Below are positions 23,760-35,476 of a stretch of DNA of 64,000 nt, in pieces. The translations under genes and the position numbers were made by a program. Numbering within the stretch: position 1 is the stretch's first letter; each line of letters starts with the position of its first letter. This stretch comes from Perkinsus chesapeaki ATCC PRA-425. Taxonomy: Eukaryota > Protista > Perkinsozoa. The stretch spans positions 169,153 to 233,152 of the forward strand of contig JAAPAO010000003.1 of the NCBI GenBank assembly GCA_013115145.1, written 5' to 3'. A model generated the notes under the pieces. That model had not been told where the DNA came from. It did not search any database and saw only the letters and a list, made by a program, of their open reading frames with translations.

Positions 23760-25602
23760 CTATTCAACGCAATGTGAAACATGAGCCGAGAGATCGACCA
23801 GAGTAGCGAAGTCCCGCCGACCGCATATCGGGCACGGCTCAAGCGTGACCGGTGTTGCTGTTGCTGCTGCTGTACCCTCGCTGGAGTGGACGGCCACCAT
23901 ATGCAGCTCCATGTCCTTCAATCGTACAAGTCGCCCGCAGTCTGGGCACGCATCCGTCCGATTGCCACACCGAGCTTCGTGAACGGACAGACCCATCATC
24001 CGATCTCGGGCATCCTCGGCCTCGTCGCCCTCCATTGGCACATAAAGCTTACAGAATCGACATAGATGTGGTCGTTGTGGGCAGGAGTCTCGACGGTGTG
24101 CCAGGAGGCCGAAGCGCCCTTGAGGTATATGCTGGCCACAGTCCGGGCAATCGATAGGGGTATGGTAGATCCGCCGGTGCTCGGGCAGCTTGTCTTTATC
24201 GCAGGGTAGTTTGCAAACATCGCAATGAACGTGGCGCTCCCACTTGTCCCGCTGTATAGCCTGGTGGCACGTGGGGCACTGTACATACAGACGTTGGCAG
24301 CGAAGCTCATGAAGCGACAGAGTGGCGGCTGGAATACGCCGCTGGCAGTTTCGGCAAGTCGCGAGCTGGTCGTTAGCGCCTTGCCCGAGCGCTGCGGGGC
24401 TCTCCTTCTCGGAAGTTTTGACGGAGAGCTCGCACGCATCGTCGGCATCGCTTACGCCAATGTAGATGACCTCGGGCCATACGGCGGTAGCGTCTTCGTT
24501 ACCGGACAAGTCAAACTGCCGCAAACACTCATCGACGTCGCTCAGAGAGATGGAGACCACAGGCTCCGAATTGGCACCGGATGACCACATATAGGATACT
24601 GGTGTCGCCTCTACAAGAGGGTAAGTGCTCACGAAGACCTCACCGCTGCTGGCGGAGACCACCAAGCGTTCGTCATTGGAAAGGTTGTTGCGCGCAGCAT
24701 CAGACAGCACCAGCCGGAACTGAGCAGCTTCGCCGTCATGAGCTGGAACATTTACCGCGGGGCCGTCCAGCTCGATAGAACCGATGCCGTCGGCGGCCTC
24801 GATTTTAGTGGTGAGGTCCAAGTCGACGTCGGTGTTAACCACGCAAACTGCCGGCCCGGGTTCGATTCCCGCCACTTGCACTTTTACTCCACCGACATCA
24901 AAAACTTGCCCCAAAGTAAGAGTGCAGAAGTTGGCCGAAAGAAACCGCTCCAGGACAGCCCTAAAGTCTCGGTAGTCGCCCAAGGAGGCACCTGATGCCA
25001 CCAGCTTCACCGATGTACACAACGGCAGAACCTTGTAGCGCAGCCTCAGTGTCTGGCCGGGCAGCAGGCCGAGACCGTATTTGAGCTGCGGCCCGACCAA
25101 GACTTGGCCGTTTGGAGCGGAGAACTCTCGCACGCCACAGTGGAGCCGGGCGTCATTAGAAGGGTTGTAGAGCTCGAACATAAGGGGGAACTTCACCCTA
25201 TCGCCAAACCCTTGTAGCTTTTCAAGCACCTAATAAAGCAGTTAACATCATAAAAGCAGGGACGGTAGTCTCACCTCCTGAGGAAGATCAACTCGATCTC
25301 CTCTAAGGGCATCGCTGGGCATCCACTGGAAAGATTCTTCAAAGCTCACTCCGCCGTCAGGTGCGCCTTCATCCCGGACCTCGGCCATACGGGTTTGTAT
25401 CTTACGCTGGGTATTGGCTTGAAGCAGCTCCTCGGTGCGCGCCGCTGCCTGACACAGCTCATGGCGACACCAGGCGGCGAAGCTACCAAGCTACCTCTTC
25501 GCGTATCTTTCGGTCGTGCTCTTGGCGTTTCCGGAGTTGAGCTGCCCGCTTCCTCAGTTCACTTTGCCGTTTATTCACGGCTGATTTAAATTCAAAGTCC
25601 AT
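23760..25602 (-). CDS. UFD1-domain protein with C-terminal TRAF-type/C2H2 zinc-finger array
   Basis: FPLMFELYNPSNDARLHCGVREFSAP...LPLCTSVKL...DFRAVLERFL (UFD1 pattern), followed by repeated CxxC...H...C/H fingers. Short coiled-coil 5' exons start at ATG 25602. Confidence 0.8.
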
Positions 25603-25846
25603 TAAAGAAAGGGTGTATAACTGATCAGGGGCAAACAACCTTGCTGGAATCTGAAACGGCCAAGGCCAAGTCCCAACGCGACGCCCTTTAGTCTCAATGA
25701 CAATAGTCCATGCTCATGCCTCCGGCCACGCCCATGCCTTCCCCTGGTCACCTGCGACAGGAGTATCCTTCGAACCTCCACACGACTTATAGCCGCCCAT
25801 CGACCCACAGTGAGCTTAATGACAATCGTCGTGGTGATCAGCTGAC

Positions 25847-27240
25847 TCATACCCACGCTGTTCTGACGCCTCTGTACATTCTAAATCTAATACTGTTTTC
25901 ACTGCAGACTTTCTCGTATACCACCCTCAACAGGCAGGGGGATATCGCCGAGTCCGGCGAAATCTGCGGCGACGACTTCTCTCGACAACACCCTTCTGAC
26001 GTAGCAGGTGCCTGATCACACCGTCTAGAGATCTCATAGTCGACATCAATACGCCCGCGTCTGGAGCTGGCCTGTCGCCTTCCAGAGTTGGGTGCAGTAG
26101 AGGGTCTGCCACGGGGAGACGGCTTCCCACTTAACCGACAGTAAGTGTGAGTGGCCTGTTTAAGCCCTTCTCGGCCAGGTCTCACACCTGCCGTCGCCTG
26201 GCAGGCTGTCCTGATAGCGGCGGCTCGGCGAAGCTTGACGCCTTCGTTATCCACCCAAGCTTTGATCTGTTCGCTCATGGCCGATTGAGGTCTTCTCAAT
26301 GACCATTTTGCTGGTTCCTTGACAACGGACTCGCGCTTCGCTGGGAAACCGTAGCCCCAAGGTTGCCTGTTACAGCTCTTGCGCTGCCTTTTGGCTTCGA
26401 TGCCGGTGTCGAAGGGCGACACCACTTCACATTTTGGGTCCTCGAGCAACTTTCGTAAGTCCTCTTTAAAACGTGGATGCATACGGATGACGTCTCGGCA
26501 CACTCCGACCTCTACCAGACGCACATCGCACCACTCCAACGCTAGAGCCTCGACAGGTACTTCACCTTCACCAAGAGGAGGTCTGCGGAATCCAGGTATC
26601 TGCAACAAGGCATAAGTTATCCGAGCGGGGGTGGTTGTTGTGCCGTAGGAGCCTTACTGTTGAAGTCTGGCGGAAGAACGATTTCCGACCTAGTGTTGGC
26701 CTTTTCTGCTGGGCAAGATTCTCTTCTTCAGAGATTGAAGGTGACCCCAGGAGATTGGCCTCGCCGAAGCAGCCACCTACATGGACACATCGACTGGACT
26801 ACTTGCTGGAAACGGTTCTCACCACGGCCGAGTACTGTGGAGACTTCGCCGCCGTGGGCAGGTACCTTGAGCTTCCCTCGATTAACCACATAGTAGCACC
26901 TGGGATCGAGCGGTAGGACTTCGCCTTCTAGCAGCATTCGACACTGGATGTAGGGCCCTAGGGAGGCCAGCACGTTGGCCGCGCTTGCCATCTGCCATAT
27001 GCGGTTCTGAGGTCAAAGTGATGGGAGAAAGATACTTTTGAGGTTACCTTGGCAAAACACTCAGGGCCGCTTTCGAAGCTCCCTAGTTGATGATAGAATC
27101 TTCCGTGGTGATGTTGTCTACCTCGGCCTTGGGAGTTCCCGACATCGGAAAGTATCTTTGAGAGAATCTTTGGAAGCGTCGGAGTGGCAAGTCCCTACAG
27201 TTTGATTTGCCTCCTCGGTAAGAGAGGGCTCATCGCTATG
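25847..27240 (-). CDS. Hypothetical multi-exon protein
   Basis: A 253-codon open frame plus upstream open segments with GT-AG boundaries. No recognised motif; ends uncertain. Confidence 0.35.
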
Positions 27241-27951
27241 CAGCGTGTTCAGCCGCTGCAATGAAGACACAAAAAGCGGCATCAGACGAGCAATAAACTT
27301 GCTTCGACGGTGGTTTTTCCGATGCTAACGGAGGTTTTACACGTGAAAAAACAGCCACCTTAGGAACTTATCGCGCGACGATTATGTTGGCGAAAACCTT
27401 CGGAATTGTTGGTTTCGTTGGTGAGTGTCATACGTCTTTGAGACCGGATAGAGTGAGGTCTCCTATCCCTGTTCGACCATCTCTGGTTTGTCTAAGCAGA
27501 ACACATCCTTGGCGGGCCTACCTGGTAGGCTTAACAAAATGAAGGGGCAGTTTCATCACGCAATGTCAATGACAGTAAATAGGTCTGAATGTGACCAATG
27601 ATACGTAATAGGGATTTGTGGTTACATTGCCAAACACCGCCGCATTACTGTGCATCAGTCACTCTGATATAATTGTAAATGGTAGTGGATGATAAGGTAA
27701 AAATTAGTGTCATTTACCCTATCATCCAAAACCATTCCGCTGACCGGGGCTCGTTTGATATTCGGCTGGGGTTACGCCATAGCCTAGAGAAGCGTAATAT
27801 GATCGTAACCGCAGGGCGAGGGCAGTTCGTGTATAGGGGTTCACGAAGTACACTGCATTGGTGTTGCTTGAGCTTGAGAGGTGGATGCAGTTTGGATCAT
27901 TAAAGAAGCCAAGTCCTTTCGGTAGTTCCTTTGCTGTTGTTTTTTCAACCT

Positions 27952-30139
27952 ATGGCCGAGTCTGAGAAAACACCAACGGTGCAGTCTACAGAAACGGATG
28001 ACACGTCCACAGCGGACAAGCTGAAAGAGGTAATACTGCCGCATGACGGGTGCAGCGGGGTTTACACAACTACGGTATACTCGAACGGCGCTCGCGCGGT
28101 ACTTGTATATAGCAGTCTAGGAGGATACGTTCATAATCTTCCACGTTTCACCGGCTCCAAGTGTAGATTACGGACTAAGGTTTGAATTCCCACTCAAGCA
28201 TGGATCGTGAAATGGTTTTGGCGGGCTTACGGAAATATTTCGGTACCTGTGAGCTTATGGCGGTTGGTACCGTTATGCTATAATATCGCTCAATAGTAAA
28301 CACCTAGTGCTTATAGTTTATCGCTGGTGTATACTACTTTAACGGCATCACGAGAATCCTTCCTCGTGATATAGGAGGGGAAGGTACTGAATTTCCTCTA
28401 AGTTATAGTACTGTGGATGTAAGTGTGTTATTGTGGGCTGTTATTCATAACCTACTAATCCTTTATATGCGGTATCAGTCGTTGTTAGCTCGCTACGTAT
28501 GCCGAAAGGCTGAAGAATCGCGGTAACGAGCTTCTGAAGGAAGGCAAGAGGGATGCAGCACTTGGCCTTTATACACAAGTGAGTACTTTGCTTACAGGGG
28601 AGCCTTTGGGCTTTACATTACAGCTAGAAGGGATCAGCTAGAAGAAGAGCATACGTTTCTAGGATAATAGTTCAAAAAACATTGGCGTTTTTATAGCGTT
28701 TTATGGGAAGGCTCGCGTGTTTTCGCAACTAAGATAGGCGAGTAGGAGTCGACCCTCTTCAGCGGGCGAATCCCGGAAATTTCGACGTGGCTGTATATAT
28801 CATTACGTGTCACCCATATACAGTACACTGATGTGTCAGGGAATCGAAGCTGCCGAAGCCAGCAAGTCCACTAAGTTAGCTTCAGCTTTATATGGCAATC
28901 GAGCACAGGTTTACCTTGGGAAAAAGGAGTGGAGCAAGGTTGTTAACGATTGTCGGAGGGCTGTAAAAGCCGATGAGCATAACGTCAAAGGTAGTTACGT
29001 GAGAGGTGGAGAGTAGCTGGCGTCAAATATGTGGTGGTCACTTTTGAGGGCATCTTTGCGATTTAAACGATAATTGTTAGCGGTCAATAATTTCATTCTC
29101 CGAGGTTACTGAAAGAGGTCCTCAGTTGCGAAAGCCGAGAGTTCCACTGCACTTGGTCGTTGAATAGGCAGCTATTGTCGGTTTGGATGGTCGCTTCTAG
29201 AATATAAGGTTTATTAATACATTCGGAGCTTGTTTCAGCCTACTGGCGTGGTGCCAAGGCATCTATGTCGGAGAAACTGTGGCAGCAAGCTATCGATTTC
29301 GCACGAGATGGCTTAACCACGAACCCCGGTAATAAGGATCTTGAGAAGATTCTGGGAGAGGCGGAGGCCCAACTGCAGAGGTGATGAAGGAGAAAGAAAT
29401 TTACAAAATGGATGATTCCTGGAGTCCGTAGGTATCGTGAAAAGAAAGCCTCCAAGCAGTCTAGCTCTTCGATTTCATTCGTGGGCGGCGGCGATAGCAG
29501 AAGTGAAGAGGTCTCCCCGGAAGAGGCAATGGAGCAGCAACGGCTCGTCAAGGTACATATTATGCGCGCATATTGATTCACGACTCATCGTGAGACCACA
29601 AGATGAGTCTGTGGTTCCACGGTGGAACTCCCACCACGTTGGTTGATGACCACTGGTTATGTTTTTCAGGAACTCAACGATCAATACGCGGGGGTCCGAC
29701 AGCAACTTCATTCGGCTGAAGTGGAGAAAGCAAAGACTGAGAATGCACGAGAAATTATAGAGTCCATGCTAAAGGAAGATAATAACCTAAGTAATATGGG
29801 GACTCACTATAACCTCGATATGACTGAGATCATAGGATTGCCCGCCTCACAATCGCGCCTTCACGAAATTTTTTGAAGAGCATTTAATGTTCTCTACTGG
29901 TCATTCTTCGATCAAGTTACTTAGATACGTATCGAGCTGTCGGTAAATGTTTCATCCTATCGGATTCCGCAGAGTTAACCGCGGATATGGGGAAGGCAGA
30001 AAAGCATTTGAAGGATAACGTGATCCCGCAGCTGAAGAAGTCGGAAGAAACAATATCCAAGCGATGCAAGAACGCCCAGGGTGAACTTGATGATATGGTG
30101 AAGCACCTCCGGAAGGCAGCTCCTGTGGCGACCGCTTAG
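27952..30139 (+). CDS. TPR-repeat co-chaperone domain fused to a prefoldin beta (PFDN1-like) domain
   Basis: TPR: AERLKNRGNELLKEG...LYGNRAQVYL...AYWRGAKA. In-frame splices lead to ELNDQYAGVRQQL...NTYRAVGKCFILSDSAEL...KRCKNAQGELDDM*, a prefoldin-beta YxxVGxxF hairpin between coiled coils. Confidence 0.72.
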
Positions 30140-30833
30140 AGGCCTGGATCGTACAGCTAGTGAGTAATTCCCGAGGTTACTAGCGTTTCTTCACAATTAT
30201 GTCAAGTACGCACTCAAAGAGTAGTTCCCTTGTGGTGTTGTATCAATGGGGGTCGATATGGTTATCATGATTTTCCATCCGATCTACATCACGGGGAAGC
30301 GGCTCTTCTCTACGGTATATGGCTTACAAGTAATGAATAGGAATAGGTGAAAATCTTGTGCATCAATGCGCGATGGCGTTGGGCTTTCGTTGGGAGCAGA
30401 TTACCTGCCAATTAGAGGTGCAGCTCTACTGGCCCAGTGACCCCCAGTAGTACTGGGGGTCACCCAGTGGCGTGTTCAAGGTTGCGGCGCCTCATCGCTT
30501 CACATGCAGGACAAATGCCAGTTCCGCGTGTACGGACTGCCTTTCAGTCGTGTATCACATCGGCAATGTGACATTGCCTTGGCAGGCGGCGAGGCTGTAG
30601 GCCTCGGCTAACCCGACTCCGAGGGGCCGTCTCCGACTACAAGCTGCAGATAAGCTACCTGAGGTAATAACTGCGCCGACTCAGCTGGTTGGTCAGTCGA
30701 ATCGGTCAGTATTGTCGGCTAAGAGGGTTTTGCTCATTGATTCGGAAGGTTCTGGCAAATTTAGCAGGGAGACTTCAACTCAACTGTTCATTATTTTGAC
30801 ACCTCTTAATTATTAGTATCACTACAGGAAGTG

Positions 30834-31732
30834 TTAGACGAGCGTTTCCACACTAGCAGTGTGCTCCTTGGACGCTGGGCTACATGTACCTAGAATGCAT
30901 AATTCATTTTCGTAAGATTCCCAAATCACTCACAATCTTCGGGGTGCTGTTCCGTCGACCTAATTCCCTCGCTGGCGCTTAGGGACATGCGAGAAGCCTG
31001 ACAAGACAGCGTAGAACTTCTACAGTAGAACTCATGCTAGTAAGTCTTACTAGACTGAGTGAGTAGAACTTCTACTGACTCAGTCTAGTGAGTTGGCACT
31101 CAGTAGTACTGAGTGCTATCCTATATTTTGTATGTGAAAGATTTTAGGTACGCTACGGTGAAATCCAAAAAGTTATCCTCTTCACATTGGTACTCTGAGA
31201 GTACCAGTGCAAGTACTGAGGGTACTACTCTCAATGTCAACGAATCGTTTCTTAGTTCTTACCTGGAATTTCCTGATGCTGACGTATAGCTGTCCCATTG
31301 CTATTGTGAGCAGCAAAGCCCCGATCACCAGGAGAGCGTTTAACTTCCCTTCTATAGAGGGAGAGGCTCTAGAAGAATCGACGCTTTGGGTGTTCGAGAA
31401 CCTAAACAGGTAAGCAATGGCTCATTCCCGTGAACAACAGCGACTTACTTCTCAGGCTTCTCAGTGCCTCTGGCCGGCGAGGGGCCGACGGTGAAGAACC
31501 CTGGTGGGTCAATAGTAACCGAATCGAATAGTCCTCCGAACGGAGGACTAGTGGACTCCTCACCAGGCTGCTCCCCGGGCAAGTCTAATCTAATAGACTG
31601 GAATAACCCACTGGGCGTAGAGCCAGCCGTTTCTTCAAGTGGCTCGGTGATTGGCGGGTCTATTGTGATAGAGTCCCACAATCCACCGACCACCGCCGCG
31701 GGGAGCAGAAAGAAGATGTAGAAGTGCACCAT
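30834..31732 (-). CDS. Small type-I membrane protein with three internal GxxDSxTxDPP-like repeats, copy A (4 exons)
   Basis: Signal peptide MVHFYIFFLLPAAVVG, repeats GLWDSITIDPP/GLFQSIRLDLP/GLFDSVTIDPP, TM LNALLVIGALLLTIAMGQLYV. Exon structure mirrors 35477-36365. Confidence 0.65.
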
Positions 31733-34247
31733 TGTTAGGGAAAGTGCTACGTGACATACATCGTGCTAGTACTGTGTAGTCTAACGAGAGTATTTCAAGC
31801 GCAGCTGAGGGAGCAAGGCTCTTTTGCTCCGAGAGAGACCGGCTGGCATGGTCGCACTCCCATTCGGACCAACTATTTTTGGGCGCGCGCGTTTTGCAGA
31901 GCAACTTCTTGGATTTCCTCAACTTTGGGCTGCCATACCGGATGATGTCCGGCGGGCTTGCCGAAAGCATGTTTTAGACCGCGTTGTAACGTGTTGCCTG
32001 CATGGCCCATGACTCCCTCGGCTTCTACTTCATGAAGTTTTTTTCTGACTGCCTGAACGTGTTTCGTTAAGTTTTTGCAACCCCCGGGTCCAGCCTGGCA
32101 GCTAGCATGAATTGCATGCGGCTAATCATAAGTCACTTATGACCATGTCATGCTGGGGCGAGTGTAACATTTAGATTTATGGAAGCATTTTGTAGATCTT
32201 AGGCATATATATGCTACTTGCTCTGCAAAGGCCTCAGCAGAAAATAGGAGAACAATTTCCTGAGACTTTCCTGTGGAAACACATTTGATGGCTCGAATGG
32301 CCAACGACTCTCAATTGGAGGCTTACATATTTCGATTCTGTATTCTACACTTACAGGAATAGGAGGTGCGTCTCTTGCAGCGCTGTTGGTAAGATAAATT
32401 CACTATGAAGCTTCCGGTAACTGGAATCCAGGTGCCATTCTGCAAACTTTGCAGTGACTTCAAGTCACTTCGGCTTAAGTTATTGCCTATTATATGACTT
32501 TCAAGTTGCAAGATATGTCTTAAGAAGCTTGACTAACTGCCAGGCATTGCCTGACCGCGGAGTTGTCCTAATGGCGACCGTCTAGGACATCAATGTAGTA
32601 ACAGTGGGATCGCGATGATACAGTAACTATACCATACTGCAAAGTAATAGTCTATCATATATAGTTATCTCTACTGGAGACTCTCCAGCTATATCTTTCG
32701 GTGGTGCACGCGCAAATGAGTGCCATGCTCAGGACAGGGTCTCGGATGTCGTGCGGATTGTCGTGTGTTAGGTTATCCTGCCGTAGCCACATGTTCTCTG
32801 TTGCGGCACCTGAGGCCGTAGGCCATTTTCAACGCAACTGTCGTGTGATGAGAAGCGGTGTTAAAAGGGCGATTGGGCTCATTGCTTGTATTCGCAACTT
32901 GAAATGTAAAGAAGGCAAGCTTCCGCAGCTGCCCGTCCGCTGCCGATTAGGGCGTTAATGGAATCAAGGAAGTTACCGAGGGGGTAACCGAGACCGTCTC
33001 GGCCAGACCCTATGATAGCGCAGTTTGCTTGACCCACGGCGCACCTTGGTCAGTCACTGAAGTTCAGTGTAGAGTCTCCATACGAGCAAGTACTGCGTAA
33101 TGGGTTCTCACCCGAGTTTTCATCTTTAAGAGTGTTTCTCGATCTTTTACTGCCAGATAGAGGCTTTGTGAAGTTACTGCTGTTATTTCTGTTGTTAGTA
33201 AAATCGGTGCTCATGCGTCAGGGAACTGACAAGCTTCCAGTTGACCCCAACTTTATTGGGCGATCAAGTTCAGGTTTATGACTGGCAAGGGGTCAGGAGG
33301 GACATCAGCGACTATCGATGGACAGTACAATCTGATAAGTGTAACAATAAGGTCGTTGGGGTCGAGTGACGGTAGGAAGTTGGGAGGAGAGGCTTGGGGC
33401 ACAAGTACCTTTCGATTATTCTTTCGACTCTATAGAGTTCTTTGGTTGTATCTAATGATATTAGATTATATGAGAGGATTAGAATTATATGAACTGGGCA
33501 ATTCCTAATTATATCGATTAATGACATATGAATACCCATGCACAAGTCATAACTATTTATTTGGTGCATCTAATACAGATTCTGTGTAAAGGAAAAATGG
33601 CAGAAAGCCTTCGATTTCACACGACCTTTTTTACCGCGAATCTGCGGATCGAAGTCGAAGAGTGGCAGAGATGTGTTCATCATAATCAGACCATGCCATT
33701 GTCATGTATATCAAATCTGAGCAACCTCTATAGAGTCCATCGACACGACGAATTATGCGATCCAGAAGGGGAGATGTATAAGTCTTGCTCACCGATTGTT
33801 GCTGTATTGCAGAAATGGCAAGTCTCATTGAAAGGGGCAGTGGAGAAACATGCACTCCCCAGAGTATATAATATATATTGTATATCTTATTATATATGCA
33901 TGAGTGCTTCTATGGCGAATATAAAAATTTCTCAACAATCAATGCGCGGGTGGTGTCTCTCAGCAATTTGGGACACTGCTTTAGGGTAGAGAGTCTCTAC
34001 TAAAAGACACATAGACAGAGTATGCGTAAGTAATATAAAATACTCAAGTAGATGGCGGTAATAACCGTCTCGTACGGTTTAGCGGATCATTCATTCGGTC
34101 CAACCGAATTCGTCGAACACCACAGAGCCAACGTCGGATTTTGGCATTGGTATTTCAACTTGCGCCATCATGGCGCCGCCACGCAACTCTCGAGGCGTAT
34201 GACATAAGCTCGTATAATTTGCATGATGGATTTAAGTTTCTTTTTTC

Positions 34248-34829
34248 ATGCCTCCCTTAAGAATCGACTCGCAGGCCTTGAAGGTTTACAGTGTTGCGCC
34301 TTCGCTGAGAAAATCCTCCAAGTCTCTCCCTAAGGAAGATCAGCTCTATACAACTGCTGCAGATATCGAGGACGAGGGCGGACGTCCGAGGGTTGCGACG
34401 GCCCTTCGCTTCCTACTTCCGAATTCGCCAGTGAACATCATAGAAGTGGCTTGGGCATACAAACAGCTTCCTGTTCTATTGTCGATCGGGTCTACATCAT
34501 ATAGGAGAGGGGCTACCGCAGGCTCATTGGTTATAGACTTCGACAATCTCGTGGAGGCCCTGGTTCGACTTCTGAATACTATGAGCATTGTAAGTCTCTG
34601 CTTTGGAACTGGTAGGGAGTCTGTTACATTTGTGGATGACTGCTATGAGTATCGGAACTGGCTACGTGGACAATTAGGTCTTCTCGAGGCGTCAATATCC
34701 TGTAGCGGCCATTGGCTGGCGATGAGTGTATTAACTCACAACCTACGTCGAGATCTTCCGGAGAGAGTCCCTACTCTGACCGTTTTGGAGGAGTTCGGGA
34801 CTAGCTTTATGCAAGAGGAGTCTGCGTAG
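34248..34829 (+). CDS. Orphan single-exon ORF, 193 aa
   Basis: ATG-initiated open frame of protein-like composition; no motif recognised. Confidence 0.35.
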   Translation: MPPLRIDSQALKVYSVAPSLRKSSKSLPKEDQLYTTAADIEDEGGRPRVATALRFLLPNSPVNIIEVAWAYKQLPVLLSIGSTSYRRGATAGSLVIDFDNLVEALVRLLNTMSIVSLCFGTGRESVTFVDDCYEYRNWLRGQLGLLEASISCSGHWLAMSVLTHNLRRDLPERVPTLTVLEEFGTSFMQEESA

Positions 34830-35476
34830 TAGATCATAATTCAAATTGTCAATCCCACGACATGCGCCCTCCACTGGACTGCTCCAGGCTCCTCTTTGAC
34901 TTGTATGTTTGAGATTACTTATCAAGTAATACCTGATCACCTGTGTGGTCAATCTGAGAACTTGGTATTGTCTTGGACAAATAATTAGCTATTTGCTGTA
35001 ATGCTGGTCAATGACCAGTGGTCACGCTTGTGGTCATGGTATTGACGTGTCTCACTTATTAGAACTAGACTCTAGTAAACGATTCGATATCAAAGAATGC
35101 ATTGAAAGGTGTTACATCGAGTCAGTAGTGTGTTGAGTTGTATCACATCGTGCTCAATGTTGTTGTCGGTTTATTAATTTAGTTTCGCAACTGGGGCCGC
35201 CGTTCAGTAATGAAACTCCTAGCATTGGAGGTTCCTCGGTGGTTACGAACGAGAAGTAGCTGGGGTCCCCAGCTACGTAAGTGGGACTCTTACTGGGAGA
35301 GAATTTTATCCTTGGCCAGTCTCTTATCAGGCCCAGCAACCGTAACCCTCGAAAAAATCCAACGTGGATGAGTAGGATTCCGCAAAGAAGGAGGGACTAA
35401 GCGACTTAACTCGGTAACTTGATAGTAACAACTGTAATTTATTAGCATTATTGCATGCGCAAAATATATTAGGTCA

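Noticed and set aside
24856-24872. tRNA T-loop-like GGGTTCGATTCCCG
   Set aside because: No D arm or anticodon arm at proper spacing, and it lies inside the UFD1-domain coding exon on the other strand.
32781-32789. Spliced-leader relic (CCGTAGCCA; also ACCGTAGCC at 26348)
   Set aside because: Only 9 nt of the ~22-nt leader match and the TTGGCTCAAG part is missing, which is compatible with chance.
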